Of a DNA stretch of 64,000 nt, positions 35,662 to 47,262 are shown piece by piece. The notes under the pieces were generated by a model. That model saw only the letters and a program-made list of their open reading frames with translations. It did no database searches and was not told the origin of the DNA. Every line of letters begins with the position of its first letter. The first letter of the stretch is position 1. Location: the NCBI GenBank assembly GCA_043228905.1, contig JBHGNT010000010.1, forward strand, positions 8,308,001 to 8,372,000. The letters run 5' to 3'. The translations under genes were made by a program, and so were the position numbers. The stretch is from Azolla caroliniana. Its lineage: Eukaryota > Plantae > Polypodiophyta.

Positions 35662-37614
35662 GAGAATAGTGGCAAGCATGGACCTCGAGGTAGAGGAACT
35701 GGATTTCAAGACGGCATTCCTACATGGCAACCTCAAAGAAGATATCTACATGCATCAACCAGAAGGATTTGAGAAGAAAGGGAAGGAGCACTTGGTGTGC
35801 CGGCTGAAGAAGAGCTAATACAGATTGAAGCAATCCCCCCGGCAATGGTACCAGAAGTTCAACTCCTTCATGACTGATCAAGGGTACCACAAAATGCAAG
35901 CCGATAACTACGTGTTTGTGAAGAAATTCGATGGAGGCGATTTCCTGATACTCCTGTACGTGGATGACATGTTGATCGTCGGACCGAACCGAACCAAAAT
36001 CAGGATGCTGAAGAAGGCCTTGAACTGGACCTTCTGCATGAAAGATTTGGGTCCAGCAAGACAAATCTTAGGGATGCACATCATCCGGGACCGGAAGAAG
36101 AAGCTATTGTGGTTATCACAAGAAAAGTACGTGACAAAGGTGCTTCAATGGTTCAACATGTCGGAGGCGAAACAAGTCGAATCGACACTTCCGGCAAATT
36201 ACAAGTTGTCTAGAAAGCAGAGCCCAAAGACAAAGGGAGAGAAGCCAGATATGAAGAAGATACCATATGCCTCTGCCGTCGTAAGCCTAATGTATGCAAT
36301 GGTGTGCACCCAGCTGGATATTGCATATGTTGTTGGAGTAGTAAGCCGGTTCATGAGCAATCCGGGAAGAGAGCATTGGAACGCGGTCAAGTGGATACTC
36401 TGGTATATGAAAGGCACCTCGAGTATGTGCCTCCGGTTTGGCTCCGGTAAACCCCAACTTGACGGCTTCACCGATTCAGATATGTCGATTGATGCGGATA
36501 CCAGCCGGTCTACATCCGGATCTATGATGCAAGGGGAGTTGTTTTGTTGCAATCGAGACTGCAGAAGTCCGTTGCACTGTCGACAACGGAAGCGGAGTAT
36601 ATGGCAACTGTGGAAGCCAGCAAGGAGATAATCTAGATGAAGGACTTCATCGAAGAGCTAGGGATCCTGCAGGAGGATTTCCGGCTCTACTTCGACAGGC
36701 AAAATGTCATCCACCTTGCAAAGAATGCGGCCTACCATTCCCGGACGAAGCACATCCAGCAGAGGTATCACTGGATCCGGAAGAGGGTAGAAGATGAACA
36801 CTTCGTGCTAACGAAGATCCACACGAAGGAGAACAGATCGAATATGTTGACCACGGTGCTTTCAACCGACAAGATGGACGCTATCGCAGTATTCCGCGCG
36901 GATGCGTAGAAACAGGGCAGGACCATGGTGGTCTTGAACCAAGGAATCGAGAAAAGAGGAAGAGGCCCGCGCGTCGCGTACACACAAACACCACGAACCG
37001 GTGATCATAGGTGTTAGACTCAATTTAGTATGAGAGAATGGAAACACAAGAACGACACAGTAGAAAGACAACGCAAACAACGGAATATGTTAACACTGGT
37101 AGCTAGGACACACGCGTGAAGCACAAGGAATACAACCGGTCGAGCTCTAGAACAAACGCGGGAAAAAGAGGACCTCAGGCCGGCAGCGTGCGGGCATCTG
37201 AAGTCATATGTGTAAATATGTTTCATAGTGAGCCCATCAAGGCTATATTTGTAAATAGCCCTAAAGTCATATAAGTATAAATATGACTTAGGGCAATCAC
37301 TTTATGTACGATGAGAGTTGTTGATAGTGTGTGTACACAGTGTGAGTGAGAGAGAGACACACACACACACACAGAACGATTTCGGTTGTGACTGCCGGTT
37401 GGCGAAGACATAGAGCTCGAGATCATTGCCTCTGAGTTTCACATTGTATTCCTCTGCTCATAGTGATAATTGGAGTCCGTGGGCTCTCGTGGTTTTTCCC
37501 ATTTAGGGTTTCCACATAAACATCCTGTGTCATCTCTACGTTAGTTTTTTTTTTCTTCCATTTGTTGTTTAAGACTCGGTTGTGGCCGAGCGCTATTTTC
37601 TGCACATCTTGTTC
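35662..37614 (+). mobile_element. Copia (A/B family) RT-RNase H remnant plus partial 3' LTR (~37200-37614)
   Basis: LDFKTAFLHG, LLYVDDML, MKDLG, PYASAV; LTR motifs GGCTATATTTGTAAATAGCC and GACTCGGTTGTGGCCGAGC shared with 35025-35661. Confidence 0.85.
36882..37200 (-). repeat. Fragment of LTR end related to gypsy copy 1
   Basis: GGCAGGACCATGGTGGTCTTGAACCAAGGA resembles GGCGGGACCACGGGGGTCTTGGACCAAGGA near 2885; starts TATCGC vs TGTCGC. Confidence 0.6.
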
Positions 37615-38227
37615 ATATACCATAGGTTTATCATGTAGCACCGCCCATAATACTGCTCCCCATATATACATACACTACTCTAGGATATATTGGAGTTAAT
37701 CATTTTATGATTTGTTTCCATATGTCCATAGCAAAACCACAACTCCACAAACAACGTTTAGGAGTCTCTAATAAATCCGTACAGAAAGGGCACATCTTTT
37801 CTAAATTTCCATTTTGCCATCCATTAACTAGTATAGCTTTAGGAACCAACAATCATTGGAAACAAACAATTTTCTTTCTCATTTTTATACCCCAAAAACC
37901 ATTTGCACTTGGTTCTTTCCATGATCTAGCACCTAATATTTTCCTACCAATCTTCAAAGAATATTGAAAGAAAGACACGTATTTTATGTGATCTTGCACC
38001 CACACCTTGCAATACAGTTCTCTAGGATCCCAAGTAAATTTTGATATTGGTCTCCTTTCCATGATCCAAATCTTCCAAAAAGAATTCACCTTGTGGAGTG
38101 GTGGACTCCATTGTGGAGTTGTGGACTTTGTTGACACCAAAAAATCCATTGATTTATTCCAATTAATTGATGCACCTGAAGCCATACAAAATGTTTGCAC
38201 TATTGTGTACATTTTTTGCAGATTATT

Positions 38228-38419
38228 TGTTGAGAATCAAACCCAACTTCCCAAGGAAATGACTTTCACACTAGTAGTGGACACAGTAGGCTAGTTTTGT
38301 AAATAGGAGAAAGGATAGTTGCCCTAGGTTAGTTGGTATTTAAACCAACCTTTTGTAACTTGGTTACTAGTGGACGTATTTCTATTGTTTGCTAATATAG
38401 TTCCTTGTTCCTTGTTCCT

Positions 38420-38485
<66 letters not shown>

Positions 38486-38563
38486 TTGTCTTACACACAC
38501 ACACACACACACAGATAGTTCCTTCCCCTGTACAAGATCACCTACACTCTCCACTTCTTTACA
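38228..38563 (+). repeat. Solo LTR (336 bp) with (CT)n(AC)n
   Basis: TGTTGAG...TTTACA, TSD TTATT at 38223-38227 / 38564-38568; LINE RT reads through when removed. Confidence 0.85.
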
Positions 38564-40033
38564 TTATTAATCTGACCATCTAGATACAAACTTGTATCAT
38601 CAGCAAATTCTATATCGACAACCTTTGTCCCATCAAGGGGCATTGATATTCCTTTCGATCCAACCTCATCAGTGGTCAAAAACAAACTCATCGCTTCAGC
38701 AAAAAACTGAAATAAATATGGTGCAAGTGGTTAGCCTTGTCGTACACTTCGGGAAATTTGAACCCATCACCTTTAACCCCTCCTGCCAAAATAGAACTAC
38801 ACGTTGAATTGTACAAAGAAGACACTCCTATCACCCATTTCTCTAGAAAACCCAGTCTTACAAGAGTACCATGAAGAAACTCCCAATCAACTCAATCATA
38901 TGCTTTTTCAAAGTCAAGTAACAAAATCACTAAATCCTCCTTTTTCTTACGAGCCAAGGCAATGACTTCCCAAAAGAAAACAAATTATCTAGTATACTTC
39001 TTTCTTGAATAAAACCTATTTGGGTGATATGAATCAAATCATGTAAGAAAGGTTGCACTCTCAATGATAATGTTTTTGCAAAGATTTTATATATTGTATT
39101 TAGCAAAGTTATTGGTCTCCATTTTCTAATATCATCTTATATACCTTCACCCTTAGGTATTAAATAACTCAAGCCAACTGCCATACTATGAGGCATATAC
39201 CTAGTGTAAAAAATTCTTTGATAAGGTTTCATCAAGTCTTCCCCAATATATTCCCAATATTTGAGGAAAAAATGTGCAGTAATTCCATCCTCCCCTGGAC
39301 AAGACATAAGACTTAAAGCTCTAAGTGCATTATGTATTTCTATAATGCCAAAGGACTTTAGTAATGCAACCTTCATTTCGTTTGTGACTTTAGGCTTAAT
39401 TTTGTCCCACACACATTTCCTACTTGTGTGAACAAATTTGGTAACAATTCCAACGGACAACAATTTAGTATAGTAAGTAGTAGCAATTTATACAATTTCT
39501 GACACATCTTCTATTAAGGAGCAATCTTCTCTCCTTAGTTGTTTAATCCCTACTACCGACCATTTTGGTGCAACTTGCGAAAAAAACATTTTGTTTACTC
39601 TATCACCTACTTGTGTCCATTTTGAAGCAAAAGCTTGACATTGAAATTGTAAAATATTGTCCTCAATATTTCTAATTCCCATTTCACATTATCTAAAGCA
39701 TTTGCCATCCATTCACACAACGGATCCCTTTCTTGAAAATGTTGCAACGATGTCAAGGCATGATGCATATTGATAATTTTCTGTGTATATCTTTCCCTTT
39801 TCCCTTGTGCCCATGAGATTAAGAAACTACTAATATGTATTGCCAAGGCCACATTATCTTCCACATTTCCAGTTTGCAATAAAGTTTTTCTCCATATATA
39901 CATAACTTGTTCAGTAATTACAGGTTCTGCAAACAATTTCGGTGGAACCCTTATTCTCCCTTGTTGCTTATGTTGTTTTCCGATCATTAACTTGTCACAC
40001 AATTGGGGCATGATCAGAGAAAGTCATACCTAG

Positions 40034-43000
40034 TGAAAAGAGAGATGATGATAGAAAAGAGAGAGAAGGAAGATATAGAAACCCAAATCTACAAAGATAT
40101 ATTAATAAGGAGTGATGATCATAGAAACAAGAGAAAGAAGATACATAAACTCAAGCCTACAAGGATGAATTGATCACTAGAAAAACACACTACATGAATA
40201 GGCAAGAAAAACACCACAAGAAAAAAACTCCCCTCACCACCTCACTCTTCTTACTTTATATGAAGTTCTCCTCTAGTAGATAAGTTTCGCTTGCTTTCTT
40301 TTCCACGCTTTTTTTACAGCTTTTCCATCTCCTATTCTTAGCTATGATACAACGATCTTCTAATCGTCATATCTCCCTCGTCCATGCTCCAAATTTAGAG
40401 TTTTAAAAAGCTACGGATAACTCTCGTCATAAGCTTTCTAACCCATATTTACACATTATATTTGGCTTCCAAACGAATGAGTTATGAGCGTTCGTTGTAG
40501 ACTGCATTTTGGTGCCCGCTTTTTTCTTCTTTTACTTTTCTCCACGTGACTTGCTTTTTGTTTGACTTATCCTCAAGACCTTAGCTCGTGATCTTGCCCT
40601 CCGGATGTGAACGCACCATACCTTATATTCTTGTAGACTTCAATACCTTGAATTCTAAAAACACTTTCACATTTAGCCCTCCCCCTTGCTTTTTTGTGAA
40701 CCATTTATGGTGAACCCTAAGCTACTAATAAAACTAAAGGTTCTCCTTCGCCTTATTCATGGCTATAGACAAAGAAGGAGAAAATAAATAGAAAAGAAAC
40801 AAACTATGTGAGTAAAACCCCCGCTAGTCGATAGGAAAAACCTCACACTTCTAAACACACACACATACACATTGACAATTGCCATCACCATCTTTCTCCT
40901 TGTCAACACAAAGAAAGAGGTTACAACAATTAGTATATCTTCATCAACTTTCCAAACAGAAGTAGGTCTATGTGATACATAACTCTTGATAGAAGTAAGC
41001 ATGTTAACATATGAATAAATCTTTCGAGCGAGCGAACCTTTTGTACAAATACCTTCAAAGCTTCGAGACTTGTCAGAATTGTCATATTTTGAATTATGTC
41101 AATCTTTGCTTCATCAACATGACTTTCTTCTTGGCACACCACATTCTCCACATTACCTTGTTTTTTATGTATGACCATTTCATCTAGAATCTCATCTCGA
41201 AAAGGAAGCAAAAATAAATCTCGTTTGGTTGAATCATTCAAGGATTGGAAGTTGACGTCTTTCTCCTTTGGAACAACCACAATAAGTGAGACAAACTTCA
41301 AATTCTCCAACTTGATGTGGTGCTTGATGCCTTCTACTCTTATCTGTGAATACTCATTTATGAATAACTTTGTAAACTTAAAAAAGAGAGAAATAAACCT
41401 TAGATCCTCTTCTCCTTGGACATCGTTTGAAATCATCTTCTTTTGCCCCTTTAGGGTGATAATACTTTTCTCTTCAATGACTTCTTCTTCCTCCTTAGAC
41501 ACCATGTGGAATGATTTGTTTTCCCTATCCCACGAATATTCATCAATTGTTATGCTTTCCTCTTCTTGATTGCCATTGTCGATAGATGATTCCTTCTCCT
41601 TTATACATTTGATTAGTTGTGGTGGATCCTTTGATGGTGATAAGTTCATGATACTCCAATCATGCATTGCAAGTAATTCTCTTTGCTCTTGATCAAATTG
41701 TTGTTGAAGAGTTGATGCCCACATAACTTTGTTGCTACTCAATGCAAATCCAAAACATAAATCTTGCATGAACACCTTCATACGCTGCAACTTGGCACTT
41801 ACCAATGCTTCCTTACACGCATTGATCTCCAAAAGCCAATCTCCAGCTATCACTTCTAGGTTACCTTCTTCATCTTGCAACTTCGTTGTGGGTACTTCAC
41901 CATCAACAACTTCTTTTGTCATATCTTCCATTTCATCTCGCACATATTCATCATCAACCACCATATCGCTTGTTGTATCAATAATGTCCTCAACATGATG
42001 TACATTGGCATCACCATCCATAACATCGCTTCTCATAACAATCTCATTAGATTCGTCTTTCACATCATCATTCTTTATATCATGGTTGTCCTCATGAACT
42101 AGATGGGGGAACTCCACATTCATCACCTCTTCTTCATTGTCTCTGGAATCACCTTCATAGACATCATTATAACTCCAAAAATTAGAATAATGATATGAGG
42201 GAACCTGTTGAATCGGACATTGCAAGTAGGCTGGTTGTTGGCTCATGACCGATCCATAATTATTATAGCTTGAATTTATGGTATATGACGCCGATACTCC
42301 ATATGCTTCACCGAATAACAACTTCTTCAATTGTTGATCATAACTTTGACATACTCGAATCAAATCATGGAAAGACCTTGGGTACTTCATATGCACTTCA
42401 TATTGAAAATATGGATCTAGCCCTGCTTTGAATCTTTCCATCTTGAAGTATACATCTTCAACGCCTCCAACAAGTCCAATCCAAGTGGACCATATATCCA
42501 AAAACGTCTTCTCATACTCGAGGTAGCACATTGGTGAAACCATACGCAATTGGAAAAGTTCTCTTCGTAGATCTGTCGCATCGCGAATTCCATATCTTGC
42601 CATTAGTTTGATGATGAATCGGTAGATACAACCATCAATTAGTGGACAACCGTTCCTCCCGTTATACGGAAAGGATCGACCCTCCCTGGAGCGCCAAAAT
42701 GAAAAGAGAGATGATGATAGAAAAGAGAGAGAAGGAAGATATAGAAACCCAAATCTACAAAGATATATTAATAAGGAGTGATGATCATAGAAACAAGAGA
42801 AAGAAGATACATAAACTCAAGCCTACAAGGATGAATTGATCACTAGAAAAACACACTACATGAATAGGCAAGAAAAACACCACAAGAAAAAAACTCCCCT
42901 CACCACCTCACTCTTCTTACTTTATATGAAGTTCTCCTCTAGTAGATAAGTTTCGCTTGCTTTCTTTTCCACGCTTTTTTTACAGCTTTTCCATCTCCTA

Positions 43001-43337
43001 TTCTTAGCTATGATACAACGATCTTCTAATCGTCATATCTCCCTCGTCCATGCTCCAAATTTAGAGTTTTAAAAAGCTACGGATAACTCTCGTCATAAGC
43101 TTTCTAACCCATATTTACACATTATATTTGGCTTCCAAACGAATGAGTTATGAGCGTTCGTTGTAGACTGCATTTTGGTGCCCGCTTTTTTCTTCTTTTA
43201 CTTTTCTCCACGTGACTTGCTTTTTGTTTGACTTATCCTCAAGACCTTAGCTCGTGATCTTGCCCTCCGGATGTGAACGCACCATACCTTATATTCTTGT
43301 AGACTTCAATACCTTGAATTCTAAAAACACTTTCACA
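40034..43337 (-). mobile_element. Non-autonomous gypsy-derived LTR element, 3304 bp, very recent
   Basis: 638-bp LTRs 42700-43337 and 40034-40671 identical by eye; TSD CCTAG; PBS 42676-42696; PPT 40672-40688. Confidence 0.96.
40930..42603 (-). CDS. 557-aa Gag-like protein with acidic linker and collapsed reverse-transcriptase relic
   Basis: N-term capsid-like (ELFQLRM...YEKTF...ERFKAGL...PRSFHDLI); C-term HHIKLE/IVVVPK/NFQSLNDSTKRDLFLLPFRDEILD/VDEAKIDII = RT pieces lacking catalytic core; no stop in 1674 nt. Confidence 0.8.
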   Translation of the reverse strand: MARYGIRDATDLRRELFQLRMVSPMCYLEYEKTFLDIWSTWIGLVGGVEDVYFKMERFKAGLDPYFQYEVHMKYPRSFHDLIRVCQSYDQQLKKLLFGEAYGVSASYTINSSYNNYGSVMSQQPAYLQCPIQQVPSYHYSNFWSYNDVYEGDSRDNEEEVMNVEFPHLVHEDNHDIKNDDVKDESNEIVMRSDVMDGDANVHHVEDIIDTTSDMVVDDEYVRDEMEDMTKEVVDGEVPTTKLQDEEGNLEVIAGDWLLEINACKEALVSAKLQRMKVFMQDLCFGFALSSNKVMWASTLQQQFDQEQRELLAMHDWSIMNLSPSKDPPQLIKCIKEKESSIDNGNQEEESITIDEYSWDRENKSFHMVSKEEEEVIEEKSIITLKGQKKMISNDVQGEEDLRFISLFFKFTKLFINEYSQIRVEGIKHHIKLENLKFVSLIVVVPKEKDVNFQSLNDSTKRDLFLLPFRDEILDEMVIHKKQGNVENVVCQEESHVDEAKIDIIQNMTILTSLEALKVFVQKVRSLERFIHMLTCLLLSRVMYHIDLLLFGKLMKIY

Positions 43338-45649
43338 CCTAGATAAATGCCAACACTTCCTCCTATCTCTGCAAATAAATCATCAACATAAATCCTATCA
43401 ATTCTTGACAAATTTGCCCCATTTAATCTTTTATCACACGTAGAAAACGTTAAAGAATTATGTAATTTTCCAAAGGATGGTAAATGCTAGACATCCAACA
43501 ACCTTCTACTTATAGATAATGTTTCCTATGTTGATAATTCTAAACCATGCACTGTTACTCCACCTTCACCACTCCTATCCTCAGGATCCTCAATCATATT
43601 AAAGCCCCATCTACACACCAATTATCTACAACCGGCAATGAACTATCTAACTCAATCCACATCTTTAATCGTTCTCTAGAAGAATAAGGAGCATACAAAT
43701 TCAGAAAGGCAATCTTTTTATTATGAAATTTCATGATAACATATTGTGCTCTTCCTAACAACAAATTTCCTACATCCAACATCTTTACTTGCCATATATC
43801 ACGAATAGCCATACATAATCCACCTTGAAGTTGTGTTGATCCATATGTTGGGACCCACAACATTTCCCAGTTTCCAAGCAAGAATGAACCATAGATTTTA
43901 ATATGCCTTTCATTTAGATGATGTTCTTGTAACATCACTATGTCTACTTGCCCAAGTATACATTTATGTAACTCTTGCCGAAATCTCCGTTTATATAGTT
44001 TACATAAGGATCCCCCAAGTTGTTGAGCATTCCAAGAAATAATCTTCATATTTACACAAATTTAGACAGTAATCTTTTTTCTTTCAAACATATATTCCTG
44101 TCTTCTTGAGACATATCTTGGGACTTAATCATTCTTCTAAAAGCTATGTAATCTTTACTAAATGCATTAGTCTATTTATGTACTCCCTAAGCGGAAATAT
44201 TACAATCACTTCCTTGAAAATTTTCAATTAATGATTTCGTGGAAGTTCTCCAATCATTTACATCCTTCATAAAAGGATTATGATACTTTGGCAAGTGCTT
44301 GGACGTGGATCTTGTCCAGCTCCCTTCAAACGAAAGCAAGGGTCCAATGTCAACTACTCGATTTTTAGTTTGTAGTTCCCCTACAATCTCTTGTCCATTC
44401 ATTGTTTCTGATACATTTATCAGAATGGTAGCATTCTCAACATATAAAACCATTTCACAAGTACATCCTTCCTAATATTCGTTATTATATACTTGAACAT
44501 CAAGTTTAGGATCATTTGGTCTTGATTGTATTCCTTCCACAATCTCCTTGCCAGGACGCCTATTGTTAGGTACTTCAATATTTCCCACATCTTCCATCAA
44601 CTGAGTTTGTCCATCTTCTACATTGGTTAACAATTTGTATATATTATCCTTAGGTTGCCATTTGGATTTATCATGCTTCCATTCCTAAAATTTAACTCAT
44701 GCTCCTTATATATCAACAAATTTCATAACAAGTAATACCTGGACAAATGCCTGCCTCATCTTGAAACTCGACAATATGGCCAATTTCTGCTTGCAATTGA
44801 GCCTGTAGCAAGTGCCTCAACTCTTGGAGATTTGGCTGGAGACCTAAAACTTGTATGATTAAAGAAATTTGTTGCATTCCATGGATCTCTTGTCTCATTA
44901 ATACTTCTTCTTGCTCGGATAACTTAAGCTTGACCATCAACCCCACAACAGGTTGAAAATCGGGAAGCAATTCATGGGATCCTCCCATTGTCGTAGCTGC
45001 CTGGGCCGTTGCCATTCTCTTAGCCATGCTTTGTTCTCTCTGCTTCGACAAACAAAATCATAAGATAAGACTAAGAAACTTCAAAAAGAGGTACAATCAA
45101 ACAAAGCTCATATTATAATCAATAATTGGTGTTAATTTTCTTGATTGTAATAAGGGATATAAAGTTACTCTTTACATATTTGTAGGAGTCAAGCATGCAA
45201 ATTCTTGCATGCTTGCCAAGTCTTGACATAATAGTACTCTTTTACCAATTCTTACACACCAATTCTCTCCCTTAGTCTCCCCATTTATTCAAAACTCCAA
45301 TATCAACATATAAAAACTACTGTCAAGATTTGAGGAGTGAAGTGTGGAAGGCATCATGGATTTTATAATGGGACAAGATTAGAACCTGAAAATGCTATTA
45401 CGTTTATCTTTTTTGTAGTGCAAAATGGACCCAATTTCTTGTAATCGAGTTTAGAGCTTGGTCATGTTGTCATGGTATGTTGGCGTAGTCGCGAAACAAT
45501 GTCGCCAACTTTAAAATCAGATTTAGCCACTTGCCATTTGTTGGCCAAATCCTTGTGTTGTTTCAAAGATTGTTCCCTTGCTTCAATAGAAAGATAACCA
45601 CACTAAAGTAGAGATGGAACCCAAAAGCTAGCAAAGAATGGTGTGGCGT

Positions 45650-46250
45650 TGATCGAGGAATGAAGAATATTATTGTAGGAAAGATTTGCTAATGGGACAA
45701 ATTAAACCCAATCATCCTATTAGTAACTCACCATACATCGAAGGTATTTTCAAGGACCCGATTTATCTATTCGATTTGCCTATGGTGAAATGCAGACAAC
45801 AACTTTGTTGAAGCTCCGAGGATATGGACAAGTCATTTGCAAAAATGTGATATAAATAGAGGACCACGATCCAAGATTATATCACATGGCAAGCCATGGA
45901 GATGCATCACATTCGTTAAGATAAGATCAGATACCTATAATTGGCAAAGAAGTGTATGGAGCCAATTGAGAAATGAAGAGTATTATTGTAAGAAAACTTG
46001 TTTAACAAGACAAATTTAACCCAACCATCATGTTGGTAACTCACCATACATCAAAGCTATTGTTCAAAGACCTGATTTACTCATTTTGGTTTTCCCATCT
46101 GTTTTGAGATGAAATGTTGATGACAACTTTATAGAAGTTCCAAGGATCTAGAAAAGCCATTTTCAAAATTGTAAGATAAACTGAGGACTATGATCTAAGA
46201 TTATGTCATATGGTAGGCCATCAAGATGCACCACATTCTTTAAGATTAGA
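45650..46250. repeat. Diverged ~315-325-bp tandem duplication
   Basis: TGAAGA.TATTATTGTA...GTAACTCACCATACATC...GATGCA.CACATTC.TTAAGAT present twice. Confidence 0.75.
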
Positions 46251-46556
46251 TGGAATGTTCAAGGTAGGGAAGGTTTGAGGTGGAGAATGCTCATGGAGAT
46301 GATGAAGGTTTGAGAAGGTTAAGGAGGAGGAGAAGGCTCCAACTTCCTACAAGATGGTCAGAATCATCATCCAAAAATTCCACCCTTGAGGAAAAACTGT
46401 GTTGACATGGTGAGATTTCTAAGACGACAATTTGAGTCTCGTCTTTCGTCAATTAAGCTCCAAAATCACGTAATTTTGATCCTCGAGCTCTAAAGCCTGA
46501 GCCAAAAAGTCTAATGTATTCCTTGTTTGATCTTATTAGTTTCATATAGAAGAATC

Positions 46557-47232
46557 TGTTAGGATTATGTCCCTCCTAATAGGACAAGTCGGCTGATTGA
46601 TTGGGAGAATTGGCAATCGAAATCGGGTAAATCGGCTGGATCGACCAGCAAGTCGACTGAGTGAAGGAAATGAAGAATTGACTAGTCGGGCCGACCGGAT
46701 GGTCAATGACAAAGTTTGTTAGTAAGATTGACTGGATAACCAACATAGGAGTCGGCTAGTTGAATCGACTAGGCTATCGACTCGTGGGTCGGACAGTCGA
46801 GTCAACCAGTCGGCTGATCAACTATTATTATTATTATTTAATACTAACTTATTCCCATCTATAAATATGTGGAGCTAGGGCAAACTGCATGTGGAGATAT
46901 TGTATGTGAAGTAGTAGAAATGTGTAGAACAATGATAGAGGAACAGTGAGTAGGTAGGAGACAAGAGAGGTAGTGTAGGCATAGTTAGGTGAACTTGCCA
47001 AAACCCTAAGTGTTAAATAATCTGTATAGCAAAGTCTTTGTAATCTTATTTTCCTCTGGTATCTCTAGGATATAGTGAAGATCTGTTGCCCTGTGGTTTT
47101 TCCCCATTTTAGGGTTTCCACATAAAACTTGTGTATTGTGTATTCTTTCTATTCTCTTGTTTTCTATTTTTCTGTTTTGTATATCATCCGAGTCTATCTT
47201 CCTTGTTGATTTACGGTCCATGTAGCTCAATA
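46557..47232 (+). repeat. Solo LTR, copia A/B-like
   Basis: Start TGTTAGGATTATGTCCCTCC, TATA, GTGGTTTT...AGGGTTTCCAC motif; TSD GAATC at 46552-46556 / 47233-47237; terminal CA mutated to TA. Confidence 0.8.
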
Positions 47233-47262
47233 GAATCACAAGAAATAATTTAATATAGATAT

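Larger units (their letters stand above)
37620..45060 (-). mobile_element. Decayed L1-like LINE (same type as 20228-23256), interrupted by two LTR insertions
   Basis: ORF1 fragment 44713-45051; EN ISWNAQ/LQEHHL/NLYAP/SDHAP; RT PGEDG, WRPITLLN, EFADD (~38600), INWNKS. Confidence 0.88.

Noticed and set aside
40930-42603. Host gene or env-like gene
   Set aside because: Lies between PBS and PPT in gag position, has capsid and RT remnants, no clear signal peptide or envelope layout
42640-42696. Complete tRNA-Asn copy on plus strand ending in CCA
   Set aside because: Too short, no cloverleaf; explained as PBS complement
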